Positions 1-11,823 are shown, counted from the first letter of the stretch. The stretch: DNA of 40,080 bases from an uncultured Anaerolineales bacterium (GCA_964650935.1 CAZYYC010000006.1:1-40080); one strand, 5' to 3'. Translations and numbers: made by a program. The notes: generated by a model not told the origin, from the letters alone.

Positions 1-1764
1 TGCGGTGCGTCGCAGGAGCGACTTGTCGATCAGGTTGGAGAGCGCCGAGGGATCGGCACCCGTCACGGCACGCGCTGCCTCGCGGGTGAAGCCCCCGTGG
101 AAGACGGCGAGGGCACGGAAGGTGCGCCGGTCTGCCTCTGACAGCAGCCCCCACGAGCGGGCGAAGACGGCCCGGAGGCTCTGGTGGCGCTCCGGCAGAT
201 CACGTAGCGCCAGGGTGAGAAAGTCCAGGCTGGCGGCGACCTCGTCGGCGATCTCGGCACAGGAGAGCGTCTTGGTCCACGCCGCCGCAAGCTCGATCCC
301 CAGCGGTATCCCCTCCACCAACCTACAGATGCGCGAGATGGCCTGTACCTCGCCGCTGTCGGGCGTGAAGGCGGCGCTGATGCGCTGCGCGGTCTCGATG
401 AAGAGGATGGCGGCATCCGAGAGCTGGGCGTCGTCGTCATCGTGGGGCAAGCTCAGACCCTGCAGCTCGACCACCCACTCTCCGCGGGTGTTCAGTCGCT
501 CGCGCGAGGTCGCCAGCAGCTTGATCCGGGGAGCGCGGTCGAGGATGTCGGCCCACAGCTCCACGTGGTCCAGCAGGTGTTCGAGGTTATCCGGCACCAG
601 CAGCAGCTGCTTGTCGGACAGGTAGGCCAGCAGCTGCTCCCGTGGGCTGATCGAGCTCTGGGGATAGAACTGCGCGCCCAGGGCCTCGGCGATGCTCGCG
701 ATGATCGCGTCGGCGCCGGTGACGGAGACGAAGGGAATGAAGACGATGCCGTCGGCAAAGGCGGCGGTCTGTTCTGACGCGGCCTGGAGCGCCAGGCGGG
801 TCTTGCCGATGCCGCCCGGACCGGTGAGCGTGATCAGGCGACACTCGGGCAGCGTCAACAGCTCGTAGAGCTCGGCCAACTCGGCCTCCCGGCCCACAAA
901 GGTCGTGGTCTGGGCCGGCAGGGCACGTCTCGCCGGTGCCGGTACAGCGACGGGCGCGATCTCGGAGACGACCTGGGGTTTCTCCTCGCGGATCTCACCG
1001 GCACGGATGCGACGGTAGAGGCTGACGGTCTCGGGCGAGGGCTCAAGCCGGGCCGCGCGCAGGTTGCGGAGGAGCACATCGTACTGGTGGAGGGCGGCTG
1101 CGCGCTGCCCGGCTTGCGCATAGAGGGTCATCAGGGCACGTTGGGCAGGTTCGTGGAGGGCGTCGAGCTCCACCCAGCGTCTTGCCGCCGTCAGGGCGGC
1201 GTCGAACTCGCCGTGGCGGCTGTGGTGGCGCGTGAGCATCTCAAGGACCTGCATCGTATCGTGGCGCAGGTGCTCGGCCTGGAAGAACTGCCACTCCTCG
1301 AAGTCGGGACTGTCTCCGAGGGAGAAGCCCGCCATGAAGTCGCCATGGTAGAGGCTCACGATCTCGCTGAGGCGGGTGACGCAATCGCCACACACGCTTT
1401 CCGGTGGGTGGGCGTGGGCACGGACTGCGGTGAGGTGAGCCTCCATCTGGTGCACGTCGACCCAGGTCTCGTCGGCGAGGGCGATGGACTCCTGCTCGAC
1501 GGTGAGCCAGGGCGCCAGCGGCGTGCGGCTGATCTGCCACAGAGCGTTGCGGAGGTAGGCATAGGCGCGCGAGGTATCCGCCTCCGGCCACAGCAAGGTA
1601 GCCAGCGCTTCGCGGCTGTGCACGCGGCGGGTGACCCCCAGATACGCAAGCAGGGCGAGGGGCTTGCGGTGCGAGATGGTGATGACCTGACCGTCTACTT
1701 CGGCGTGTGGGGTCCCGAGGAGTACGAGCCGACCTTCAGCAGAGCCCGATGTTCCCTCGACCAT
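1..1764 (-). CDS. SARP-family regulator (OmpR-type winged helix + BTAD + NB-ARC/STAND P-loop NTPase); its 3' end runs off the window
   Basis: Not in the ORF track because it is open to the window edge. My translation of the minus strand from the ATG (complement of 1762-1764) reads MVEGTSGSAEGRLVLLGTPHAEVDGQVITISHRKPLALLAYLGV... This is followed by a BTAD-like helical region (...ALMTLYAQAGQRAAALHQYDVLLRNL...) and then Walker A LITLTGPGGIGKTRLALQA (complement of about 799-822). The + ORFs 5..625, 442..777 and 1087..1836 are antisense shadows of it. Confidence 0.8.
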   Translation of the reverse strand, partial: MVEGTSGSAEGRLVLLGTPHAEVDGQVITISHRKPLALLAYLGVTRRVHSREALATLLWPEADTSRAYAYLRNALWQISRTPLAPWLTVEQESIALADETWVDVHQMEAHLTAVRAHAHPPESVCGDCVTRLSEIVSLYHGDFMAGFSLGDSPDFEEWQFFQAEHLRHDTMQVLEMLTRHHSRHGEFDAALTAARRWVELDALHEPAQRALMTLYAQAGQRAAALHQYDVLLRNLRAARLEPSPETVSLYRRIRAGEIREEKPQVVSEIAPVAVPAPARRALPAQTTTFVGREAELAELYELLTLPECRLITLTGPGGIGKTRLALQAASEQTAAFADGIVFIPFVSVTGADAIIASIAEALGAQFYPQSSISPREQLLAYLSDKQLLLVPDNLEHLLDHVELWADILDRAPRIKLLATSRERLNTRGEWVVELQGLSLPHDDDDAQLSDAAILFIETAQRISAAFTPDSGEVQAISRICRLVEGIPLGIELAAAWTKTLSCAEIADEVAASLDFLTLALRDLPERHQSLRAVFARSWGLLSEADRRTFRALAVFHGGFTREAARAVTGADPSALSNLIDKSLLRRTA

Positions 1765-1893
1765 CACACTCAGTGTACCGCGTTTTTCTTTGCCTGCCAG
1801 GGCAAAAAAGACGGTGACAAGACGGTAAGGGTCTAGGATGGTGGTAGATGAGGGCCCGAACCAAGGAGGGATGATGAGCTATGGGAGACACGG

Positions 1894-2364
1894 GTGATGG
1901 TCGATGAGCAACAGGCGTTTTCCGAGAGGGTCATAGAGCGCCGATTGGTTGCGTACACGAGATTTCGCGGTGTGATCAACCTACCTTCGCGGATATGGAT
2001 GGTGCGAGACTGGGCCAGGGCCCACGGCGTGGAGCTTGTCGGTCCGCCCCAGTGCGTCTTCTTTCCCAACGGCGGCGACCGGGAGGGCGAGATCTGTGAG
2101 GTGCAGTGGGAGGTGGCCGCGGGGCTTGAGCCTGTGACGGGCGAGATAGGGCTCAAGTGGGCCGGGCCCGGCCGGGTCGTGGCGGCATGCCATCGGGATG
2201 GGGCCGCGGCGATTCCCGAGACGCTTCGTGCGCTGCGGTCTTGGGCCGAGGCCCGCGGGCTCCGGCTGAGCGGGGTCTGGCGAGAGGTCTATCACCCGGA
2301 CCGCACGCCATCGACCGGGGGCCGGATCACGGAGATCCAGCTCCCGGTCGATCGCGTCGCGTGA
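1894..2364 (+). CDS. Stand-alone GyrI-like (SbmC / AraC-MerR effector-binding fold) small-molecule-binding protein
   Basis: 156-aa ORF with a two-fold internal pattern typical of the GyrI-like fold (...RFRGVINLPSRIWMVRDWARAHGVELVGPP...EVQWEV, then ...IPETLRALRSWAEARGLRLSGVWREVYH...EIQLPV). GGGAGA lies 8 nt upstream of the ATG at 1897; the track start 1894 is a GTG. Divergent from the SARP gene. Confidence 0.55.
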   Translation: MMVDEQQAFSERVIERRLVAYTRFRGVINLPSRIWMVRDWARAHGVELVGPPQCVFFPNGGDREGEICEVQWEVAAGLEPVTGEIGLKWAGPGRVVAACHRDGAAAIPETLRALRSWAEARGLRLSGVWREVYHPDRTPSTGGRITEIQLPVDRVA

Positions 2365-2374
2365 GGGCTGCGGA

Positions 2375-3448
2375 TCAGGCGCGCCGGCGCCGGCCCACCT
2401 CCCGCAGGGTGGCGACGTCCTCGGGGTGAATGGCGCCGTCGGGCAGCGGGCCGGTGTTGAGCAGCAGGTTACAGCGTTGCGCTTCCGCGTCTGCCAGCAT
2501 CGCCATTACCTCGTCGGCCCCTTTATGGTTGCCGTCATCGGCTTGCATGTAGCCCCAAGCGCTGGGCTGCAGCGTATCGCAGATTTCGTTGTGCTTGTGC
2601 TGGTTCCGCTCCCAGGCCTGTTGCGCGACCTGCGCCTGGGCTTCCCCGATGCGCTCACGAACGCGGTCGGCGAGCGAGTGACCGTGGCGCTCCGGTGAGG
2701 CGAAGTCCTCGTCGCCCGACGCCCCTTGTTTGAAGGCGATCAGGGCCTGGGGCTGCAGCTCACGGATCATCGCGTAGGTCTCGGCGATGGGGAAGAGATC
2801 AGGTCGGGCATAGTAGCCCATAATCGGATCGAACCAGATGCCCGCGATCGGTCCATAGGCCGTCAGCAGTTCGCGTACCTGGGCGTGGACGAAGTCGATA
2901 TAGGGGCGAAAGTCCTCGTCCCTCCGCCAGATGTAGCGCGGTTCGGGTTCGGGGTAGTCGGGTCGGGCGATCTCAAAGATATCCCGCGAGTAGAAGTTGG
3001 GATGGCGCCAGTCGGCGGCATAGGAATAGTAGAGGAAGAGACCGAGCCCCTTCTCCTGACAGGCCTCAGCGAGTTCGCCGACGAGATCGCGGCGTGCGGG
3101 GCTCGCGGCGCTGCTGTAGTCGGAGGCGGCGCTCTCGAAGAGGCAGAAGCTGTCGTGATGGCGGGTGGTCAGGTTGACGTAGCGCATCCCGGCCTCCAGC
3201 GCCAGATCGGTGATCGCGTCGGCGTCGAAGGCCGCGGCGGTGAACTGCTGTTGCAGCTTCTCGTACTCGGCGAGGGGAATCGCCTCGCGGTACATCACCC
3301 ACTCGTGGCGACCGAGCAGGCTGTAGAGCCCGTAGTGCATGAAGAGGCCGAACTTGGCCTCCGCAAACCAGGCCCGCGCGGCGGCGCGTGGGTCGGTTGC
3401 ATAGAGCTCGGCGTGATCGGCCAAATAGGATGGTACGACGGGTTGCAT
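2375..3448 (-). CDS. alpha-L-fucosidase, glycoside hydrolase family 29
   Basis: GH29-type motifs AKFGLFMHYGLYS, RYVNLTTRHHDSFCLF and GLGLFLYYSY. I trimmed the track ORF (2375..3598) to the internal ATG at 3448 (MQPVVPSYL...), which has GGAGG 7 nt upstream and sits 11 nt after the stop of the upstream gene. Confidence 0.85.
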   Translation of the reverse strand: MQPVVPSYLADHAELYATDPRAAARAWFAEAKFGLFMHYGLYSLLGRHEWVMYREAIPLAEYEKLQQQFTAAAFDADAITDLALEAGMRYVNLTTRHHDSFCLFESAASDYSSAASPARRDLVGELAEACQEKGLGLFLYYSYAADWRHPNFYSRDIFEIARPDYPEPEPRYIWRRDEDFRPYIDFVHAQVRELLTAYGPIAGIWFDPIMGYYARPDLFPIAETYAMIRELQPQALIAFKQGASGDEDFASPERHGHSLADRVRERIGEAQAQVAQQAWERNQHKHNEICDTLQPSAWGYMQADDGNHKGADEVMAMLADAEAQRCNLLLNTGPLPDGAIHPEDVATLREVGRRRRA

Positions 3449-3459
3449 AGCTAACCTCC

Positions 3460-4203
3460 TCAGTGGGTCGTCGGCGGATGCAGATAGACACTCTGTTGGG
3501 CAAAGCTCAGGCTGAAGCCCAGGGACTCCGAGATGGCGTAGGAGCCGCTGTTGGTGACCAGACAGCGGTACTGGGCGATGATCGGTGCGTCGATACACCA
3601 GCGGCAGAGGGCACTGACCACAGCTCTGCCGAGGCCCCGGCGCCGGTAGGCCGGATGGGTGAGCACGCCGATGTCCATGAACCCGGTCAGGCGGAAGCCC
3701 GTCGCCGCCGCCGTGAGGCGCGGTCCATCGAAGCAGGCGAAGCCGATCTCGTCGTCGACCGCGATCTCGGCCTCCTCGACCTCGGCGTCGGTGCAGGCTG
3801 CCTGAAGCGCGGCCAGGGCCTCTGCGTCGTCTGCCGTCAGCGTGCGCAGCGCCAGGTGCTCGGGAGGGGGGCTGGGACGAAAGTCAGCCGGGTAGAGGTA
3901 GCGCAGGACGCTGTCCTCGACCCGTTCGATCCCGGCGTGGCCCAGCGTGGCCCGCAGATGGTGGGCGGTGATCGCCTCGGCGTCCACGCGGTCGCCGATG
4001 GCCTCCGCGACGAGGACCTCCAGGGCGGGGTCAAGGCGGGCGAAGGCGCGCGCACCGATGGTCCAGATATGCACGGCATGGGTGGAGGCGAACTCCGCCT
4101 CGGGCAGAATGACCGTACCCGGTCGGTGGAGCGCCGCGACCGGGTAGTCGAAGCGCTCGGCCCAGCTCTGATAGACGGCGTGTTCGAAGGCGTCGCGGTT
4201 CAT
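3460..4203 (-). CDS. GNAT-family N-acetyltransferase
   Basis: C-terminal acetyl-CoA motif THPAYRRRGLGRAVVSAL in a GNAT-like context. I trimmed the 369-aa track ORF to the ATG at 4203 (MNRDAFEHAV...); the upstream part is R/P-rich out-of-frame overlap with the preceding gene. The start overlaps the upstream stop as ATGA (4200-4203). Confidence 0.7.
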   Translation of the reverse strand: MNRDAFEHAVYQSWAERFDYPVAALHRPGTVILPEAEFASTHAVHIWTIGARAFARLDPALEVLVAEAIGDRVDAEAITAHHLRATLGHAGIERVEDSVLRYLYPADFRPSPPPEHLALRTLTADDAEALAALQAACTDAEVEEAEIAVDDEIGFACFDGPRLTAAATGFRLTGFMDIGVLTHPAYRRRGLGRAVVSALCRWCIDAPIIAQYRCLVTNSGSYAISESLGFSLSFAQQSVYLHPPTTH

Positions 4204-5498
4204 TGGGATCGGGCCTCGCTTTCCTCGAGATCGGGCGGCACGATGGCGTTGTGTTCCCGCAAGAGCACACGGATGGCCTCGATCGGGACGTCGCGCGAGG
4301 GGATGCCCAGCCGGACGCCGAGCGTCGCAGCGGCACCGGCGGCCTGGCCCATCGCCATACAGGAAGCCTCGACGCGGAGGGCGGAGTTGGCGAGTCGATC
4401 GCCGGCAACGGCCCTGCCCGCCACGAGCAAGCGACGGCTGCCCCGCGGCACAAGCGCCCCCAGGGGCACGGTGGGCACCCGTCCCGGCGGGACGAACTCG
4501 TGCTCGACGCCGTGCTCGGTGTGCACGTCGATGAAATAGAGGCTGTAGCAGATGGCGTCGTCGAAGCACCGGCCCGCGATGTAGTCGTCGTAGGTGACCT
4601 TGGTTTCCCCGACGATACGGTAGGTCTCACGGACCGCGGCTTGCGTAAACAGCTGCTGCACCGTGGCGCCGGCGCAGCCGGGCAGCGACTGGACAAAGCG
4701 CAGGAGCCGCAACAGCGCCCGGCGGCCCGCGATGTTGGCCTCGGTCTGGGTGACCGACGTCGTGGCGTCGGCGCCGAAGATGTGTTGTTGGTTGGCGCCG
4801 CCCCCGCGTAGGAAGGAGATGAAGAGGTCGTCCTCCGCACGCCAGAAGTCGCCGGGCTGCAGCCTGCCGTCCTGCATCGCGGCCTCAAAGCGCTCCTGAA
4901 CCACCTCGACATCGAGCTCGGCGGCGTCATAGCCGCCCAGCCGGAACATCAGGGTGCCCGGCTGACGCACCTCACCGCGCTCCCTGGGCAGATCCAACAG
5001 GCCGACCACGTCGGCATCGCCGGTCGCATCGATCACTTCGCGTGCATCGATCCGTCTGCGGATGCCCTTGCCGACGGTCCGGACGCGCCAACCCTCCTCC
5101 TGGGGCTCGATACCGACCAGGATCTCGTGGAAGTGGAGATCGACGCCGGCATCGAGGCAGGCCTCCTCGGCGATCAGGGCGTAGACCGCCGGGTTGACGT
5201 GAACGTGGGAGCTGGGGCGCGTCCGGCTGGGCGACGCGAAGTCGGGCCAAGGGGTGTGGTCGAGCGCCTTGGTCGCCTTGACCAGCTCCCAGCCGATCCC
5301 GGCGACGATCTGTTGATCGGAGCTGAAGAAGTAGGCCGGGGCGCTCACGCCGCCGGTGGTCATCGTCCCGCCGAGCTGGCCTGCCATCTCAACGATGGCT
5401 GTGCGCGCGCCGGCGCGTGCTGCCTGCAGTGCCGCGATGACGCCCGCGGTGCCGCCGCCGATGACGACGACATCGACCGTGTCGTGGTGGTCTTGCAC
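4200..5498 (-). CDS. FAD-dependent oxidoreductase (FAD_oxidored-type, glycan-locus associated)
   Basis: N-terminal dinucleotide-binding fingerprint DVVVIGGGTAGVIAALQAARAGARTAIVE. 432 aa. GGAGGAA upstream of the start. Confidence 0.8.
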   Translation of the reverse strand: MQDHHDTVDVVVIGGGTAGVIAALQAARAGARTAIVEMAGQLGGTMTTGGVSAPAYFFSSDQQIVAGIGWELVKATKALDHTPWPDFASPSRTRPSSHVHVNPAVYALIAEEACLDAGVDLHFHEILVGIEPQEEGWRVRTVGKGIRRRIDAREVIDATGDADVVGLLDLPRERGEVRQPGTLMFRLGGYDAAELDVEVVQERFEAAMQDGRLQPGDFWRAEDDLFISFLRGGGANQQHIFGADATTSVTQTEANIAGRRALLRLLRFVQSLPGCAGATVQQLFTQAAVRETYRIVGETKVTYDDYIAGRCFDDAICYSLYFIDVHTEHGVEHEFVPPGRVPTVPLGALVPRGSRRLLVAGRAVAGDRLANSALRVEASCMAMGQAAGAAATLGVRLGIPSRDVPIEAIRVLLREHNAIVPPDLEESEARSQ

Positions 5499-5537
5499 GC
5501 TGTTCCTCCGTCCCTTGTGGCTGGCTTGCGTATCAGG

Positions 5538-8720
<3,183 letters not shown>

Positions 8721-8728
8721 TGCACGCC

Positions 8729-9457
8729 TCACAGAACGTCGGGATTGATCGTCACCGCATAGTCGGGGACGACGTGGACGGCGTGGACCAAGGGCCAATA
8801 CGCCCCGCGCCACTTGCGGCTCAGTCCCAGCGTGAGATAGAGCGCTTCGGCGCCCAGGCGTTCGGCCAGCCCGTCCGCGTCGAGCGTGAGCTCGCCTCCC
8901 TGGGCCGTCAACCAGGTCTGCCCGAGGGCGCGCCATCTGAGATCGGTGACCGAGCATCCTCGGTCGCTCTGAGCTCGCGGGTGCTGTCGCTTGCAGTCGA
9001 GTGTGAAGCCCATCCGCGCGTCGTATCTGCCGGAGACGGGATCGAGACTGAAGCGCGCCCAGAGGTCGCGCGGTTGCACCAGGCAGAGCGAACGAATGTG
9101 GTCGCAGAGGACCTCCTCCGGGGCCCCATCGAGGTATTTGGGGAAGAAGGCGGCGCGACGCTCACCCTCCAACCGGCGTACGACGCGCGGGCGTTGGTGC
9201 ACGAAGTCGGTCACCCAGTCCTCGACGTGGGGCGGGTCGGGGCGGGCGGTGATGAGGTTGAGGGCCACGACGTCGCAACAGTGGATGAGGCGACCGTCCT
9301 CATCGGTCATATCGCCGGGCAGGACCGTGCCGAACTCCCGCGTCGGTCGGATCCAGCAGAGCCCCGTGGTCGGTGCGGGATCGCAGGAGAAGCCCGCCGT
9401 GCAGATTCCGCTGAGCATCTTGGTCATCGCCAGGATGAGCACTTCCTGAGTGGGCAT
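8729..9457 (-). CDS. Hypothetical protein, 242 aa, no family I can name with confidence (possibly an OB-fold-like nucleic-acid binder)
   Basis: Intact ORF with GGGAGG 6 nt upstream of the ATG. Composition is non-shadow. N-terminus MPTQEVLILAMTKMLSGICTAGF...GLCWIRPTREFG; C-terminal part ...VTDLRWRALGQTW...LYLTLGLSRKWRGAYWPLVHAVHVVPDY. It is wedged 8 nt upstream of recQ and 58 nt downstream of a DUF488 gene. Confidence 0.7.
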   Translation of the reverse strand: MPTQEVLILAMTKMLSGICTAGFSCDPAPTTGLCWIRPTREFGTVLPGDMTDEDGRLIHCCDVVALNLITARPDPPHVEDWVTDFVHQRPRVVRRLEGERRAAFFPKYLDGAPEEVLCDHIRSLCLVQPRDLWARFSLDPVSGRYDARMGFTLDCKRQHPRAQSDRGCSVTDLRWRALGQTWLTAQGGELTLDADGLAERLGAEALYLTLGLSRKWRGAYWPLVHAVHVVPDYAVTINPDVL

Positions 9458-9515
9458 CGTGCGCCTCCCTGTGGTTGGTGCGTGCGTTGGGGATCACCGA
9501 AGTCAGGTTCTTTGA

Positions 9516-9962
9516 CTACAGATGGACGATGGTCAGATCGGGTAGGTGAGCCTGCCAGATCTCGGCGACGAGGCGACGATGGCAGTGGGCGGCGTCGGCC
9601 TCCTTGCACAGCAAGCAGGGCGCGCGGTAGCGGGCCAGGAGCGCCTCACCGACGTGGGTGGCCTCACGGGCCTCGAGCAAGGGCAGGAACTGCTCTGCGT
9701 AGCGCATCCAGTCGCCGGCGCCCTTGGCCTTGTAGGCGTCGAGGATCTCATCGGAAGGCGCCAGCTCGGGGTGGTGTTCGTACGCGATCCCGAAGCCCTC
9801 GGGTAGCAGAAAGGCGAGGGTCTCCTTCTTGGTGTAGCCGGCGAGGTGTGAGGTGTTGCGCAGGCGGATGTCGATCACGGCGTCGACGCCTGCCTCACGG
9901 AGGCGGTGGATGAAGTCGGATAGGGGCCGCTTCTCGTAACCGATCGTGTAGAGCGTGGGCAT
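9516..9962 (-). CDS. DUF488-family protein (paralogue B)
   Basis: DUF488 signature as I know it: N-terminal LYTIGYEKR, VIDIR, and C-terminal CLLCKEADAAHCHRRLVAE. 148 aa. Confidence 0.8.
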   Translation of the reverse strand: MPTLYTIGYEKRPLSDFIHRLREAGVDAVIDIRLRNTSHLAGYTKKETLAFLLPEGFGIAYEHHPELAPSDEILDAYKAKGAGDWMRYAEQFLPLLEAREATHVGEALLARYRAPCLLCKEADAAHCHRRLVAEIWQAHLPDLTIVHL

Positions 9963-9975
9963 AGGATCGACCTCC

Positions 9976-10455
9976 TCAGAACAGCGTCAACTGCTCAGGC
10001 TCGAGAGTACCCTCGGCGAGCGTCCCGTCGGGCTGGATATGGAGCACGGTGGCGTCGCGTGCGAGCAGCGTCTGGGTGATCAGGAGGTGGCGATGGCAGT
10101 GGTGGAAATCGCCCTCGCTGCACATGACGGCCAGCCGCTCACTGCGCGCCAGGTCGAGCAGCTCGTCGATGCCCTGGAGATAGCCAGGGCGTTGGGCCAT
10201 CACCCCGTAATCGGGGGCGACCTGACCGGTCTCCGGGCGTCCGCCCAGACTGCCGCCCTTATAGAGGTAGTGGAACCCGGCCTCCTCGAGGTCGTGGCGG
10301 AGCAGCTCACGGTTGAACTGGCTCGCCCACTGGCTATAGGGCTGACTGCGGACATCGACGAGGAGGGTGATTTGATGCTGCTTGAGGAGCTCCATGAAGT
10401 GCTCAATGGCGTGGTTGCTGTGGCCGATGGTGAACAGTCGGACCGTCTCGGACAT
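9976..10455 (-). CDS. DUF488-family protein (paralogue A)
   Basis: LFTIGHSNH, LVDVRSQP, and C-terminal VMCSEGDFHHCHRHLLI. 159 aa. GGGAGG upstream of the ATG. First gene of the operon. Confidence 0.8.
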   Translation of the reverse strand: MSETVRLFTIGHSNHAIEHFMELLKQHQITLLVDVRSQPYSQWASQFNRELLRHDLEEAGFHYLYKGGSLGGRPETGQVAPDYGVMAQRPGYLQGIDELLDLARSERLAVMCSEGDFHHCHRHLLITQTLLARDATVLHIQPDGTLAEGTLEPEQLTLF

Positions 10456-10493
10456 CCCACCTCCCTGCGCGTGCTTGGTGGCCTACTGGGGAG

Positions 10494-10521
10494 ATTCTAG
10501 CTTGATATGGTTGGAGCACAA
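10494..10521 (-). promoter_or_regulatory. Putative sigma70-type promoter for the DUF488-RecQ operon
   Basis: On the minus strand: TTGTGC (complement of 10516-10521), 16-nt spacer, TAGAAT (complement of 10494-10499). The -10 is about 39 nt upstream of the ATG at 10455 and lies in a 212-bp intergenic region. Confidence 0.35.
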
Positions 10522-10667
10522 CTGCCGCTGGGGCGTGCGCGTCCGGCCGGTCGAAGGGCCGTCGTGCCCTTCAGCGAAGGCACTGCCGCGTCCGACGCCC
10601 CGAAGGCTGGGCTACAAGCGTGCAAGCCTGTGCGCGAAGCCCGGCTGCCGGGCAGGCGCGGGCAGGC

Positions 10668-11660
10668 TCAGTCGGGGTCCCAGAGGATGGCCTGGAGGGC
10701 CTGGACGTTGGTGATCGTGGCGGTGTCCTCACCGCGGAGCTCATCGGCTATGATCTCTGCACCGAACTCGTGGAGGAAGGTGAAGGCCATCGCGGCCCGG
10801 TAGAAGGTCGTGTCGGCGGTAAGGTCGCCGTAGCCCTCTGTGAAGGCGCGCAGGGCGCCGGCGTCGCGGCGTAGGGCGCTGAACCAAAGCGCGACCCACT
10901 CGTAGGCACGGGGGGCGATCAGGGCATCGGCGAAGTCGATCAGGCCCGAGATCGACCAACCCTGATCGTCTTCGACCAGCAGCACGTGGTCCTCGGTGAC
11001 GTCGCCGCTGACGAGGAGGAGCTCATCCTCAGCTTCGAGGAAGGGGTGCACGAAGCTCGGGATGGCGTCGAGCAGGGTTCGCGGCAGCACCCTGCGGTTG
11101 CGGAGCTTATCGAGGTTCTGGTGGAGGTAGCGCCGAGCGGTGGTGGGCCATGCGGCCTCCATCGCACCTAGTGGGCCCCACGCCGTGCGGGGTATGCTGT
11201 GAAGGGCGCGCACGCGATGGCCTAGGTCGCGGGCTATCGCGATCAGATCGCGGCGGGGCAGCTCCTCGCGCACTTCGCGGATCGGTTCGCCGGACAGGAA
11301 GCTGAGCACGACGTAGGGCCACGCGCCCGCCTCGCCCAGGGCGCCCTCCGCCAGCAGGACGGGCGCGCCGATCTCGGGCCGGCGGGTCAGGAGCGGGTGC
11401 AGCACACGCTCCAGCTCGAAATCCCCGATGCACATCGGGGCGTAGATCTTGACGACCGCTGCGTCGGGTCTGCGGGCGTTGATGACGAAGACGGCATTGG
11501 TGCCCGGATAGCCGGCGGTGATCGTGTGCGCGGGTAGATCGGCGCGGCGGCAGATCTCGCGCACGGCGGGCTCCCAGAGGTCGGCGTCGGTGAAGACTTC
11601 GCCCCACTCGGCCCAGGTTTTCACCGCAGGCAGGTCAGCTATATCGAAGTTGCTGTGCAT
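10668..11660 (-). CDS. Phosphotransferase-enzyme-family kinase (APH / choline-kinase-like fold)
   Basis: 330 aa. Catalytic-loop-like LVSGDVTEDHVLL and metal-binding GLIDFADA, as in aminoglycoside/small-molecule kinases. Confidence 0.75.
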   Translation of the reverse strand: MHSNFDIADLPAVKTWAEWGEVFTDADLWEPAVREICRRADLPAHTITAGYPGTNAVFVINARRPDAAVVKIYAPMCIGDFELERVLHPLLTRRPEIGAPVLLAEGALGEAGAWPYVVLSFLSGEPIREVREELPRRDLIAIARDLGHRVRALHSIPRTAWGPLGAMEAAWPTTARRYLHQNLDKLRNRRVLPRTLLDAIPSFVHPFLEAEDELLLVSGDVTEDHVLLVEDDQGWSISGLIDFADALIAPRAYEWVALWFSALRRDAGALRAFTEGYGDLTADTTFYRAAMAFTFLHEFGAEIIADELRGEDTATITNVQALQAILWDPD

Positions 11661-11732
11661 AGGCCTACCTACCGCGTGGGGTGCCCCACTCGGCCCAGGT
11701 TTTCACCGCAGGCAGGTCGGCTACGTCGAAGT
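11601..11732 (-). repeat. 50-bp direct duplication (47/50 identical, 82-bp period) of the 5' coding end of the APH-family gene, creating a 26-codon upstream ORF (11665..11745)
   Basis: Copy 1 at 11601-11650 lies inside the gene. Copy 2 at 11683-11732 lies upstream. The upstream copy reads MMEDDFDVADLPAVKTWAEWGTPRGR-stop, against the gene's MHSNFDIADLPAVKTWAEWGE... The uORF TAG ends 4 nt before the main ATG (11660). Confidence 0.9.
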
Positions 11733-11774
11733 CGTCTTCCATCATACTCGGTGCGGCTGACGATGTTGCGGGGT

Positions 11775-11795
11775 GGGCGGGACGGCTTCCCGCCC
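11775..11795 (-). terminator. GC-rich hairpin downstream of the flavodoxin-like gene (possible intrinsic terminator, no U-tract)
   Basis: gggcggga (11775-11782) pairs with tcccgccc (11788-11795) around a 5-nt loop. It lies 29 nt after the stop at 11824. Confidence 0.35.
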
Positions 11796-11823
11796 CATAT
11801 GGGTGCAAGCCGACTGAGCCGTG

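Noticed and set aside
5-1836. Plus-strand ORFs 5..625, 442..777 and 1087..1836 at the left edge
   Set aside because: They are antisense to an edge-truncated minus-strand SARP/NB-ARC gene, which carries GPGGIGKT and a BTAD region. Their translations are S/R/A-rich or G/V/E-rich shadow sequence.
1871-1897. 8-codon mini-ORF (MMSYGRHG) directly after a strong AAGGAGGG and overlapping the GyrI-like start as TGATG
   Set aside because: The SD-to-ATG spacing is too short (about 1-4 nt). The downstream ATG at 1897 has its own GGGAGA at a normal 8-nt distance. There is no evidence that the peptide matters, so I did not report it as a feature.
10540-10660. Small imperfect hairpins downstream of the APH-family gene (about 10563-10584 and 10640-10652)
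   Set aside because: The stems are only 6-7 bp with bulges and there is no U-tract. In sequence this GC-rich, such pairings are expected by chance, so the support is too weak to call a terminator.
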